IMG/VR virus record: IMGVR_UViG_3300022602_000033
Length of the DNA: 64,000 nucleotides
Origin: a virus
Reading direction: 5' to 3' (one strand)
Part shown: in pieces, positions 1 to 9,623 of the stretch
How positions within the stretch are numbered: the first letter of the stretch is position 1
Layout: every line of letters starts with the position of its first letter
Notes under the pieces: model-generated
Database searches by the model: none
The model's input: the letters and a program-made list of their open reading frames with translations, nothing else
What the model was told of the DNA's origin: nothing
Position numbers and translations under genes: made by a program

Positions 1-1920
1 AACAGCATAACCAGCAATACTATTATACAAGGTCAGGCTGCAGGTATTTTTGGTTCTCTGTACAGCAACTCGTTCATTCAATCGCCTGGGTCAGCAATCG
101 TTGGTAGCTTGGCCAGCAACAGCTACATACAGGCTCCCAATACCATAACAGGCGGCGTTGTAAACAGCAATACTTCGATCACTGCCAACGGATTGATACT
201 GGGTGCCAGCTTGGTGAGCAACAGTACCATACAAGCAGCACAGACTGCCACAGTTGGCAGCTTGGCCAGCAACGGCGCCATCAGCGGCGACAGCTTGGTC
301 ATAAGAAACAGCACAACCACCAAGGATCTCACTGTCAATGCCACCATATCCGCCAGCAATCTCACGGTATCTAACTACACCGTATTCAACGTCATAGTCA
401 GCAACACCAGCGTGACAGCTGGTACCTACATCAATGCCAACCAATTCATAGCCAATGTGAACGTGGGTATTGGCACGGCCACAGTGCGGTATCCGTTGGA
501 CATCTATGGCAACATACACATAGGCAACACGGCCAGCACCACCAGCGGCATACTGTTCCCAGATGGCACGTTCCAGGATACCGCTGCTTTCTATACTCCA
601 AGCTTTGGTTACCAGAACACCATACAGTTTGCAGGCAATGCCAACACCTTCAGCGGCGACAGCAGCCACCTAGTCTGGGATAATGTCAATCTGGCTCTTA
701 ACACCAGCAACCTTGTGGTGATCAACAATGCCAACATTGGTGCAAATGCCAACATTGGCATGAACGCTACCATTGGTAACAACATCAACTTGCTTGGTAA
801 CCTCAATGGCAGCAACACCACGGTCATGCAGGGCAAGACTGCCATACTGCAGGGCGGAGCGGGGGGATTTGGTGCGCTCTATGCCGGTGTTCAGGACTAT
901 ACCAACTATCAACCCAACACAGTGGCTCTGTTCGCAGGCAATGCCAATGCCACTGTGCAGATAGGCGTTCACAATGACAGCAGCGGTGGCACAGCCAGCG
1001 GCGACATAGTGATCACAGCCAACAACGGATCAGCCTACGATACCTACATCAACATGGGTATCAACAGCAGTGGTTGGAACCAAAACACAGTTGATGGTGC
1101 CAACGACGGCTATCTAGTGGTGCATGGTAACACTACCACAGGCGGTGGTAATCTCATACTGGGTACCATACTCAACAATGACATCATATTCACGCAAAAC
1201 GGAGTGAATGCTGCCAATGTGGCTGCCAGACTGGTATATGGCCAGGGATTGGTAGTGTATGGCTCTGCCAACAGCTACAGCACTTCCACCGGCAGCTTGG
1301 TAGCGGGAGGCGGATTAGGTGTTGGTGGCAATGCCTACATAGGTGGGGCTCTTTCTGTGGTCAACAGTGCTGTGTTCAACAGCAACATCTCTGTGGCCAC
1401 AGATGGTGCATTCGGTGGCAATGTCAGCCTGCTGGGCAATCTCACAGTTGCTCAGAGCAGCAACATCGCAGTTGATCTGGTGGTTGGCAATAATCTCACA
1501 GCATATTCAGGCAGCATAGGCAGCTTGGATAGCATCAACAGCCGAGGCTTTGCCAACGTGCAGGTTCTGCAGAGCAATGGCCATGTGAGCGGCAACACCT
1601 GGGTGGTAGATGGCAATGCCTACACCAGCACCAGCAGCTTCCAACAGGTGGTAGACAGCTGGAGCACCAACAGCTTCCGCACAGCATGGTACATGCTGCA
1701 GGTAACCAACACAGTGAACAGCAGCTATCAGGCCAGCCAGATCATGCTGATACAGGATGGCACAGATGTGTGGCTCACCGAATATGCAGACATCAACACC
1801 AACGGTGTGCTGGGTCTCTGGGAAGCTGACATCGTGGCCGGCACCATAGAACTGCTGTTCACTCCAGTCAGCAGCCAGAACATGGCCATCAAGGTAGTGC
1901 GAACCACAATAGATATCTAA
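1..1920 (+). CDS. Virion structural/fibre protein, 5'-partial
   Basis: The frame is open from base 1. It has N/G/S/T/V-rich beta-strand repeats, and its C-terminal module (VDSWSTNSFRTAWYMLQV...EYADI...IELLFTP...VVRT) resembles those of T4-like phage structural proteins. Confidence 0.7.
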   Translation, partial: NSITSNTIIQGQAAGIFGSLYSNSFIQSPGSAIVGSLASNSYIQAPNTITGGVVNSNTSITANGLILGASLVSNSTIQAAQTATVGSLASNGAISGDSLVIRNSTTTKDLTVNATISASNLTVSNYTVFNVIVSNTSVTAGTYINANQFIANVNVGIGTATVRYPLDIYGNIHIGNTASTTSGILFPDGTFQDTAAFYTPSFGYQNTIQFAGNANTFSGDSSHLVWDNVNLALNTSNLVVINNANIGANANIGMNATIGNNINLLGNLNGSNTTVMQGKTAILQGGAGGFGALYAGVQDYTNYQPNTVALFAGNANATVQIGVHNDSSGGTASGDIVITANNGSAYDTYINMGINSSGWNQNTVDGANDGYLVVHGNTTTGGGNLILGTILNNDIIFTQNGVNAANVAARLVYGQGLVVYGSANSYSTSTGSLVAGGGLGVGGNAYIGGALSVVNSAVFNSNISVATDGAFGGNVSLLGNLTVAQSSNIAVDLVVGNNLTAYSGSIGSLDSINSRGFANVQVLQSNGHVSGNTWVVDGNAYTSTSSFQQVVDSWSTNSFRTAWYMLQVTNTVNSSYQASQIMLIQDGTDVWLTEYADINTNGVLGLWEADIVAGTIELLFTPVSSQNMAIKVVRTTIDI

Positions 1921-1923
1921 CAC

Positions 1924-1952
1924 TTGAAATAATCAGCGATCTGTGTTATCAT
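1924..1952 (+). promoter_or_regulatory. Sigma70-type promoter
   Basis: TTGAAA-N17-TATCAT with an extended TG; GGAG SD before ATG 1971. Confidence 0.55.
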
Positions 1953-1970
1953 CATACGATAACATGGAGT

Positions 1971-2363
1971 ATGATTATGACTGATCCACGCAAGAGAATG
2001 ATCTGGGTTCGGTTCCAGAAAGAAGGCATCCACAAGTATCCAGCAGCATTGACAGATCCTGCGTTGGCCACGGGCGACGAGTATGACGTCAGCTTCCTGG
2101 GCTATCCGCATCGCCACATCTTCCACTTCCAAGTTTGGATCTCAGTCACGCACAATGACCGTGACGTGGAATTTTTACAGGCAAAAAGATGGCTTGAGAA
2201 GCTATATGATCAAAAAACTTTACAGCTAAACTATCGCAGCTGTGAGATGATTAGTGAAGAACTATATGAGAAGATAATAGATAAGTGGCCAGGACGCGAA
2301 GTTTGGATCGAAGTCTCAGAAGATGGAGAAAATGGATGCATACTTAAATGGGATGCAGAATGA
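1971..2363 (+). CDS. QueD-like T-fold protein (DpdL-like, candidate CDG decarboxylase)
   Basis: PTPS/QueD-like features (GIHKYP, HRHIFH, DRDVEF, SCEMISE, VSEDGENG). The QueD CxxxHGH motif is replaced by LGYPHRHIF (LxxxHRHxF). A canonical QueD lies separately at 8104. Confidence 0.7.
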   Translation: MIMTDPRKRMIWVRFQKEGIHKYPAALTDPALATGDEYDVSFLGYPHRHIFHFQVWISVTHNDRDVEFLQAKRWLEKLYDQKTLQLNYRSCEMISEELYEKIIDKWPGREVWIEVSEDGENGCILKWDAE

Positions 2364-3290
2364 TCATAATTTCTTAATGAGATATCTACCCTTAAATGGT
2401 GCAGTGCTGTAATTTGCCATCCAACGGGCAGAGGATACTGCATATCCGTTAACACTGCACCAATCGGTTATCGAAGGTATATCATATGTCTCATGCGTAA
2501 CAAGATCCGTAATCCGATATCTGTTTGATTGTTTGATCCTCTTGTGATATAGCGCCAGGTCATCTAATGGGTTAGTGAGTACGTTGTTTTCATCAAATGA
2601 TGATATAGCATCGCATGAGATGACACCCTTGCGTTGATTGTCCACAGCAGGAATAACCCTCAGATTTTGAGGTGCTGCTATATCTTCTGGTGGTATATTC
2701 TGGATGAACCCAGACATTATTGATGTAATATGATCAAGGTGGTATTCATTGCCGCGCGGTAATCCTGTTGAGTTAATGTCGTGATAATATTTGATGTAAT
2801 TTATATTGGATAGTTCTCGTACCTTACGTCTGTACTCTTCAAACGGTTTCCTTTCTGTCGGCGAAGTGATTTGTCCATCCTTGATCTTTGTATCCAATTG
2901 CTTTTGGAATCCACAGCGTCGGCATCCAAACCCATCTAGATGGCTCGCAGGAATTTGACTAAAGACACCATGTATTGGACATACGATGTCAACCTTCTTC
3001 CCTGACCTCTCATAACGTACCATCGAATAATCATATAAATCGCCATGGACAGCTTTAGCCTTGGTGATAAATGTCGGAGTGTCATATCGGAACTTCTTGC
3101 TCAGTCTATCATAATGGCAGTGTCGGCAACCAGCTCCCGAGAGATGCGTAGATGGTAGTATGTTGATATTACCATGTGTCTTACATGTTATTACCACCGA
3201 GGTTGTGCTATTGACGTATACCGTATGGTCATAGGTGTAACGTGAGCTATGAACCTCTTTGGCTCGAGTCAGGAATTCTTCTGATGTCAT
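2364..3290 (-). mobile_element. Free-standing HNH homing endonuclease with two DUF723-like Zn-binding repeats
   Basis: Two repeats of F..KAK.VHG..YDY...Y......V.I.C..HG......HL.G.GC..C, followed by an HNH core (YHLDHITS...NLRVIPAVDNQRKG). It is AT-richer than the flanks, antisense to its neighbours, and has TAAATA upstream (3329-3334, - strand). Confidence 0.8.
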
Positions 3291-3362
3291 GCGACGCACT
3301 TGTGTTTACTCCGATGCTATGTTATAGTTATTTATCATATCGAGACATATCGGAGTGGCGAG

Positions 3363-4460
3363 ATGCCAAACATTTATATCGTCGGAATAGAGCCGCTTGA
3401 TACCCGATACACGAAACAGTGGTATCACCACATACCCAAGCTGCTGGATGCAGCCGGTGCTGACGTGGTAATCATCGAAGGGGAGGACGTTCCTGCCACG
3501 CCAACACCGGGTGCGTTCCTGGACTTTGGTGCAACCAACATCTTCAAGAGCAGCCAGCTGATGATCATAGCCCAGCTGTTCCGCGAAGACAAGATCCAAG
3601 ATGGTGACAAATTCCTCTATACAGACGCGTGGAACCCCACGGTGATCCAGCTGCGCTACATGGCTGAATTGCTTGGCAAAAAGATTGAAATACATGGTCT
3701 TTGGCACGCCGGCAGCTATGATCCGCAGGACTTCTTAGGGCGGCTAGTAGGCGATAAACCCTGGGTACGCAATGCTGAATGCAGCATGTTCTACACCTAT
3801 GACACCAACTGGTTTGCCACACGTTTCCACAGCAATCTGTTCCTGAGACAGCTGCTGGGTGTAGAGACACTGTTTGCCGAAGATGAGACCGAAGAGTTCA
3901 TCGTGGGCTGCCCAGACTCTGAGATCAACAGGCTCAAGCTCACGGGTTGGCCCATGGAATATCTACCAGCAGTGTTAGAACCATATCGATCGGTGCCCAA
4001 GCGTGACAAGATCATATTCCCGCATCGTCTGGCACCAGAGAAGCAGCTGGAGATATTCAAGGACTTGGCTGAAGCCATGCCAGAGTATGAATGGTTTGTG
4101 GCACAGGAACAAAAGCTCAGCAAAGATGAATATCACCATCACTTGGCAGAGAGCAAGATCGCGTTCAGCGCCAACCTACAGGAAACACTGGGCATCAGCA
4201 TGTACGAAGCAGCACTGGTTGGAACCTATCCCATGGTTCCAGGCAGGCTCAGCTACACCGAGATGTGGAGCGAATGCTATCCCAGCGAGTGGACCAAGAA
4301 CTGGGACAGCTATCTGGCCAACAAGGACAAACTGATCACTCACATACGCTACCTCATGAACCGCAACAGTCTAGCCAGCCATGCAACCGCAGAAGCTGTG
4401 CAGGTTGGTGCCAAGTTCTTCACAGCAACTCCATTGATCCAAGAGCTGGTTCGTGCTTGA
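3363..4460 (+). CDS. GT-B fold glycosyltransferase (GT4-like)
   Basis: FPHRLAPEKQ and FSANLQETLGISMYEA (E-x7-E) motifs; GGAG SD before ATG 3363. Confidence 0.8.
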   Translation: MPNIYIVGIEPLDTRYTKQWYHHIPKLLDAAGADVVIIEGEDVPATPTPGAFLDFGATNIFKSSQLMIIAQLFREDKIQDGDKFLYTDAWNPTVIQLRYMAELLGKKIEIHGLWHAGSYDPQDFLGRLVGDKPWVRNAECSMFYTYDTNWFATRFHSNLFLRQLLGVETLFAEDETEEFIVGCPDSEINRLKLTGWPMEYLPAVLEPYRSVPKRDKIIFPHRLAPEKQLEIFKDLAEAMPEYEWFVAQEQKLSKDEYHHHLAESKIAFSANLQETLGISMYEAALVGTYPMVPGRLSYTEMWSECYPSEWTKNWDSYLANKDKLITHIRYLMNRNSLASHATAEAVQVGAKFFTATPLIQELVRA

Positions 4461-4485
4461 CAAGATCACCGCCATAGGCCATACT
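4457..4485 (+). promoter_or_regulatory. Sigma70-type promoter, probably giving a leaderless transcript
   Basis: TTGACA-N17-CATACT, then 5 nt to ATG 4491, with no SD. Confidence 0.6.
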
Positions 4486-4490
4486 GATAC

Positions 4491-6149
4491 ATGAACAAAG
4501 ATTTCCAGAGATTCAGTTTCAATACTGACCACCTTGCCTTCAATGACAAGTGCAGGAACATGGCCGCCACGCAGAGCGATTATGCCCTGTTCCTTCCCAG
4601 CATCAGCATGATTTACGCCAAGATCGTCAGCATGGTGCAGTACAACATGCGAGACACGATGCCCGAGGGCCTGCCACAGGGACTCAAGGATCTCAACTTC
4701 CTTGATCCGGCCAACAGCTTGTTCTACTATCCAGTGAGCCTCTACTCCGCCGGGCATGCCATACTGGATCCACAGGAAAGCTGGGTACAGGAAAGCATGG
4801 TACAACAGCGCGATCGTGCCAACACCATATTGTTGGGCGACAGCGGCGGCTTCCAAGCTGCCACAGGCGTGCTCAAGTATCCATGGCATGCCAAGCCCAA
4901 GCAGACACCAGAAGAACATCAGCACGACAAGGATGATGTGCGCATGAAGCTGCTGCGTTGGCTGGAAGCCACGGCAGATTACAGCATGGTCTTGGATTGG
5001 CCTACCTATGCCCTGGTCAAGTATGGCTTGGATCCTGTCACAGGAGCCAGCTTACATCCAAGTCTCAAGAGTTTCAACGATTGCTTGACTGGTAGCTTGG
5101 AGAATCACCGCTTCTTCATCAAGAATCGCAAGGAAGGTGCTACAAAGTTCCTCAACGTGTTACAGGGACGCAACATGGAAGAAGGCGATGTTTGGTGGGA
5201 ACACACCAAGGACCTGCCATTTGAGAGCTGGGCGTTCTCCAACGTTCAGGCTTCAAACTTCACCATCAACCTGCGTCGACTGATCATCATGCGCGATGAG
5301 AACTATCTCGCAGGTCGCGAATGGCTGCACTATCTGGGCAATGGCAAGATCAAGGCTGGATGTGCGCTCACATCTCTGCAGCGTGCGCTGCGCAAGCATG
5401 TGGATCCTCAGTTGACCATCAGCTTCGACGCAGCCAGCCCATTCGTGATGACTGCCAAGGGGCAAGGTTATTACGGGCACGAGTTAAGCGCCAACAATGT
5501 TGGATTCAAGGGTGGGCCTATACCAGACCGTAAGGAGCTCAAGAACGATCCGCAGCTGCTCAACGATTGGTTGGCTGCGAACTTGCCCAAGAAGACGATA
5601 CCAGTGCGCAGCAGGATTGGCGACCAGGTATCAGTTGGAGACATCTGCATCAGAGGGTATGATGATCTCGAGAGCAAGAAGGTAGCATTCACCAAGAACG
5701 AGATTGACAGCGGATACTGGGCTTCAACTCCAGAAGGCAAGGCCAATGATCCGTTCAAGTGGACCAAAGCCTACAAGGAATACATCATACACAGCCACGA
5801 GAACGGCGGTGTGTTTGATCTAGGTATCAACCAATTCGCAGATGCTCACAGCAAGTACCAAGAGAAGTGGCCCAGCAGCCTAGACGGATTCAGTTACCTG
5901 TTGATGATGAATCACAACACAGAATTGCATATCAATGCCATACAAGCAGCTAACAGGGCACAGGATCTTCCAACAAGCGAAGCCAAAGAATATCTCACAC
6001 CTGATCTGTTAGAGTTCAAGGATCTAGTAGAAGACATATTCACCAGCGAGCGCCCCATGGATCTGATCAACAAGCATGAGAAGATGCTGCAGAGCATCAC
6101 GGGCATGGATGCAGACAATTCAGTTTCAATGTTAGTAGAGGACATGTGA
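4491..6149 (+). CDS. TGT-family guanine transglycosylase, probably DNA-directed (DpdA-like)
   Basis: TGT motifs LGDSGGFQ, MVLDWP, VLQG, HYLG, SFDAAS and a C-terminal HN; it lies near folE, queD and queE. Confidence 0.8.
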   Translation: MNKDFQRFSFNTDHLAFNDKCRNMAATQSDYALFLPSISMIYAKIVSMVQYNMRDTMPEGLPQGLKDLNFLDPANSLFYYPVSLYSAGHAILDPQESWVQESMVQQRDRANTILLGDSGGFQAATGVLKYPWHAKPKQTPEEHQHDKDDVRMKLLRWLEATADYSMVLDWPTYALVKYGLDPVTGASLHPSLKSFNDCLTGSLENHRFFIKNRKEGATKFLNVLQGRNMEEGDVWWEHTKDLPFESWAFSNVQASNFTINLRRLIIMRDENYLAGREWLHYLGNGKIKAGCALTSLQRALRKHVDPQLTISFDAASPFVMTAKGQGYYGHELSANNVGFKGGPIPDRKELKNDPQLLNDWLAANLPKKTIPVRSRIGDQVSVGDICIRGYDDLESKKVAFTKNEIDSGYWASTPEGKANDPFKWTKAYKEYIIHSHENGGVFDLGINQFADAHSKYQEKWPSSLDGFSYLLMMNHNTELHINAIQAANRAQDLPTSEAKEYLTPDLLEFKDLVEDIFTSERPMDLINKHEKMLQSITGMDADNSVSMLVEDM

Positions 6150-6673
6150 TGCAAAGAGATTATGCAGATGGCGTGAAGACAGACGTGATCTTCTTCACAG
6201 GTTATGAAGTAGAACACACACCGCAGCGAGGGGCTCATACCTTGTTCGTGGTAGGTCGCCAGGATGTGGACGACATTGATCAGATGGCACAGCTCAAGGT
6301 GTGCAAGCACATCTATCTGGGTGCCAACCAGAGCTTCAAAGTCAACGGCTACGAGGACTTCCATACCTGGAAGCTCTGGGACGATCTCTGTGTGGCACTG
6401 CTGGACAGAGGTTACTGGGTCACTCTGGACTTTGATCTAGAGCATTGGCTGGGTGTGGCCGAGATGAGTGCTATTAGCCACAATCAGTTCATTCCGCAGA
6501 TTTCTGTGAAGATACCTTACGCTGCGCTGGGCAACTACAACACCTGCGTGAAGATTGATGATGTGGGATTCAAGGCCAGCAATCCAGGTGTGTGGGTGCA
6601 CAGCCTACATGATCTCATGGATCGCAAGGTGTTCACGCCCTGGGCTGCCTATAGCAAGGACGAACAAGCATGA
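6149..6673 (+). CDS. Hypothetical protein, translationally coupled to the TGT-like gene
   Basis: TGATG stop/start overlap; alpha/beta pattern (FFTGYEVEHTP, HIYLGAN, KIDD.GF). Confidence 0.75.
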   Translation: MQRDYADGVKTDVIFFTGYEVEHTPQRGAHTLFVVGRQDVDDIDQMAQLKVCKHIYLGANQSFKVNGYEDFHTWKLWDDLCVALLDRGYWVTLDFDLEHWLGVAEMSAISHNQFIPQISVKIPYAALGNYNTCVKIDDVGFKASNPGVWVHSLHDLMDRKVFTPWAAYSKDEQA

Positions 6674-7266
6674 ATGACGCACAACGACTGGAAGCAATGG
6701 ACAGCTACTTTGGCCGTTATCGCAAACTGACGTCTAGGTTAAAGGAAAATGAACAGGAAAACGACATAGCTCGCAAAGCCTATGATCAGCGCCGCACGGA
6801 ACTGCAGGAAGAACGCCATCGCATCTCACGCGACCTAGCCAACATGAGGCAGGTCATCACCAAGATGATAGACGATGGCATTGATCCTGTGATGGCTGGT
6901 CTGATCATGAACGAAGAGGATGCTACGACCAGCACCATATGGCAACAGCGTGACGAGGACGGCTTTGGCATGACCATGAACACTGATGACATCATGAAAC
7001 GCATGGGCAAGATCTCAGCCTTGACCACAGCTGACATCAGCACTCTGAGCATGGGTCAGCTGAGCTGGCCAGGAGCCACAGGTGCAACTGGTGCCATAGG
7101 AGCACAGGGATCGATCAGCATGGGCCCCAATGGCGGCTATCAGCAAGGATACGGAGCGATTCCGCCTATATCTAACCATCCAGGAGTCACGGCAGACATG
7201 CGTGGATTTGTGGATGGCCATGGCGACTATCATGAATATGCATGGACAGGCACAGCAGAGCTGTAG
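6670..7266 (+). CDS. Hypothetical protein (N-terminal coiled coil, short Gly-X-Y stretch)
   Basis: ATGA overlap with the upstream gene; contains GATGATGAIGAQG. Confidence 0.65.
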   Translation: MNDAQRLEAMDSYFGRYRKLTSRLKENEQENDIARKAYDQRRTELQEERHRISRDLANMRQVITKMIDDGIDPVMAGLIMNEEDATTSTIWQQRDEDGFGMTMNTDDIMKRMGKISALTTADISTLSMGQLSWPGATGATGAIGAQGSISMGPNGGYQQGYGAIPPISNHPGVTADMRGFVDGHGDYHEYAWTGTAEL

Positions 7267-7336
7267 TTGCGCATACCGCCTAAATAGAGTACAATAACAC
7301 ACGCAACCCCACTGCGACAACATCGGGAGACAATCA

Positions 7337-8023
7337 GTGACAGTTAGTGATACGATAAGACAGCGCATCAGAGCAGCAGGTGCCAGCTTCAACGCCAATG
7401 ACAACATCAGCGCCTACATAGAACCAGGTGAGACTGATCAGCTCATAGAAGAGCTCAACGCACGCTTTGATGCCGTGTTGGACAGCTTGATCATCGATCG
7501 TGAGAACGACCCTAACAGTCATGACACAGGCAGGCGCTTGGCCAAGATGTATGTGCGAGAGCTGATGAGCGGGCGTTACACAGCACCGCCCAAGGCCACA
7601 AGCTTCCCCAATGACAGCAACGAACGCTATGAAGGCATGTTGGTTGTGCGCAGCGAGCTCAAGAGCGTGTGCAGCCATCATCATCAACCAGTCACAGGCG
7701 TGGCCTACATTGGCATCATCGCAGCACAGAAGCTGATCGGTCTCAGCAAGTACAGCAGGATAGCACAGTGGTGTGCACGTCGCGGTACGCTGCAGGAAGA
7801 GCTGTGCAACGACATTGCCAAGGAGATCATGCGGGCCACTGACTCAGAGAACGTGGGAGTGTACATCCAAGCTTCCCATGGATGCTGCGAAAATCGGGGC
7901 CTAATGGCACATTCTAGTTTGACACAGACCACTGTGCTGCGCGGTGCGTTCTTTACAGATCAGAGCACCAAGAAAGAATTCTTTGACAACATCAAGCTGC
8001 AACAGGAATTCGCACCAAGATAA
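7337..8023 (+). CDS. folE: GTP cyclohydrolase I
   Basis: SVCSHHHQP, IGLSKYSRIA, TLQEEL and HGCCENRG motifs; GGGAG SD. Confidence 0.95.
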   Translation: MTVSDTIRQRIRAAGASFNANDNISAYIEPGETDQLIEELNARFDAVLDSLIIDRENDPNSHDTGRRLAKMYVRELMSGRYTAPPKATSFPNDSNERYEGMLVVRSELKSVCSHHHQPVTGVAYIGIIAAQKLIGLSKYSRIAQWCARRGTLQEELCNDIAKEIMRATDSENVGVYIQASHGCCENRGLMAHSSLTQTTVLRGAFFTDQSTKKEFFDNIKLQQEFAPR

Positions 8024-8031
8024 GTATGACA

Positions 8032-8096
8032 AGCGGCGCTTTGGGCTTCACTCCCGCTATAGAAATTCTGCAGCCTATGGTATAACAACATAGGAG
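8032..8096 (+). promoter_or_regulatory. Candidate structured cis-regulatory RNA (preQ1-I-like fold) with an SD-sequestering hairpin
   Basis: Stem AGCGG/CCGCT followed by ATAGAAA; loop GGGCT is complementary to downstream AGCCT; hairpin CCTATG/CATAGG covers the AGGAG SD of queD. Confidence 0.4.
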
Positions 8097-8103
8097 CGCG
8101 ACC

Positions 8104-8553
8104 ATGGCAAAACATTATTCAACCAAGCATTACGGACACAACATTGGCCTCAGCGCAGTGTTCAGACAACCCAACGCAGACCACAGTCACTGTCACCTGT
8201 TGCATGGTTACAGTCTGGCATTCACATTTACATTTGGATGTGAAACACTGGACAATAAAAATTGGGTGGTGGATTTTGGCGGTCTCAAACCACTCAAAGC
8301 TTGGCTTGAGGATCACTTTGATCACAAGCTGGCATTAGACAAGGCTGACCCGTATTTGGCCAAGTTCCAGGAACTGGAACAACTTAATCTGGTTGAAATA
8401 CGCATATTTGACGGTGTGGGCGCAGAGAAGTTTGCAGAACATGCCTTCAATTTTGCTGATCAATTAATTCGAGAAAAGACCAACAACCGTTGCTATTGTG
8501 TAAATGTGACATGCGCAGAACATGGAGCAAATTCAGCAACCTATGAAGGATGA
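8104..8553 (+). CDS. queD: 6-carboxy-5,6,7,8-tetrahydropterin synthase
   Basis: HCHLLHGYS (CxxxHG), VVDFGGLK, FDHKL and CAEHGANSATY motifs. Confidence 0.92.
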   Translation: MAKHYSTKHYGHNIGLSAVFRQPNADHSHCHLLHGYSLAFTFTFGCETLDNKNWVVDFGGLKPLKAWLEDHFDHKLALDKADPYLAKFQELEQLNLVEIRIFDGVGAEKFAEHAFNFADQLIREKTNNRCYCVNVTCAEHGANSATYEG

Positions 8554-8581
8554 TCACTGGACAGCGAATGGAGAAAAGTAT

Positions 8582-8875
8582 ATGAAATGGTTTGACAAGT
8601 GGTTTCAACGGCAAGCCAAGAAAGCCTGGGACAATTACGACGACAATCCAAGGCCGGTAACAGTGGGTAAGCCAGGGAGAATTAGTCAAGAATTGGACAG
8701 CCGCGGTGCTGCTACCATACGCATACATGCTGCCCATGGTGGCAAGGTCATAGAGATCAGCAACTGGGATGAGCGCAAAGGCGAGCATGATCGCGATCTC
8801 TACATCGTGCGCGATGATGCTGAGCTTGGTCCAGAACTGACCAGCATCATCATGCAGCATAGCCTGAGGTACTGA
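8582..8875 (+). CDS. Hypothetical protein
   Basis: GGAG SD before ATG 8582; coupled to the next gene. Confidence 0.65.
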   Translation: MKWFDKWFQRQAKKAWDNYDDNPRPVTVGKPGRISQELDSRGAATIRIHAAHGGKVIEISNWDERKGEHDRDLYIVRDDAELGPELTSIIMQHSLRY

Positions 8876-9393
8876 TGGCAACCACAGTCACACTGCCCAC
8901 AGCTGCGGTCACCAATGGTGGATTTGGCATTGGTACCTACACTGGGACTGGCACAATACACACCATCTCACATGGTGGCACAGGCTACGTTAACAACACT
9001 GCCATCACTCTCACAGGTGGCGGTGGAGGCGGTGGTACCTATCTCACCACCAACACCACAGGCGGCACCAGCTGGCAACAGCAGGGGCGCGAGGTCATGC
9101 GCATCAGTGCCGACGGTGATATCTTCCAAGGTGGCAGCACCAATGCTGATGATGGACTGTTCGCAAGATTAGAACGCTTGGAACGGCTCATGGGCATCAT
9201 GCACCGCGATCGCAACTTGGAACATGATTACGAACCCATGCGCCAGCTGGGTGATGCCTATGATGATGCTGTGGATGCTGCCATACAGACCATCATGGAT
9301 GTCACGCTGCACAAGCTGCGGCACATGGAAGCCGAATACGACAGCATGCGAGAACAAGCCAAGGTATGGCGAGCGCTGAGCAAGGACGACTGA
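8875..9393 (+). CDS. Hypothetical protein (Gly/Thr-rich N-terminus, helical C-terminus)
   Basis: TGATG coupling at both ends. Confidence 0.65.
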   Translation: MATTVTLPTAAVTNGGFGIGTYTGTGTIHTISHGGTGYVNNTAITLTGGGGGGGTYLTTNTTGGTSWQQQGREVMRISADGDIFQGGSTNADDGLFARLERLERLMGIMHRDRNLEHDYEPMRQLGDAYDDAVDAAIQTIMDVTLHKLRHMEAEYDSMREQAKVWRALSKDD

Positions 9394-9623
9394 TGAAACC
9401 CAAGAGTGCCAATGGTGTTACCGGATGCCTGCTACCCATAGGTGAAGTCTGGGTGTTCAGAGTATACGATGATGAGGGCTCGTACACAGACTATGACATC
9501 TTCCACAGCGATCTCTCTGTGACCATCACAGATGAGGATGCATACTTTTATGAACGTAGAAGCGGTGAACCATACTTGGATCATTCGCCAGCTACACTAG
9601 GCAAGGAAACCAACGATGACTGA
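9393..9623 (+). CDS. Hypothetical protein
   Basis: TGATG coupling with an AAGGA SD. Confidence 0.65.
   Translation: MKPKSANGVTGCLLPIGEVWVFRVYDDEGSYTDYDIFHSDLSVTITDEDAYFYERRSGEPYLDHSPATLGKETNDD

Noticed and set aside
1971-2363. Calling this gene queD or queF
   Set aside because: It lacks the QueD catalytic Cys motif and the QueF motifs, and a canonical queD is present at 8104.
2364-3290. Group I intron carrying the HNH gene
   Set aside because: The ORF is antisense and lies between two complete genes, with no room for an intron core.
7072-7110. Collagen-like fibre protein
   Set aside because: There are only about four Gly-X-Y triplets, too few for a triple-helical fibre.
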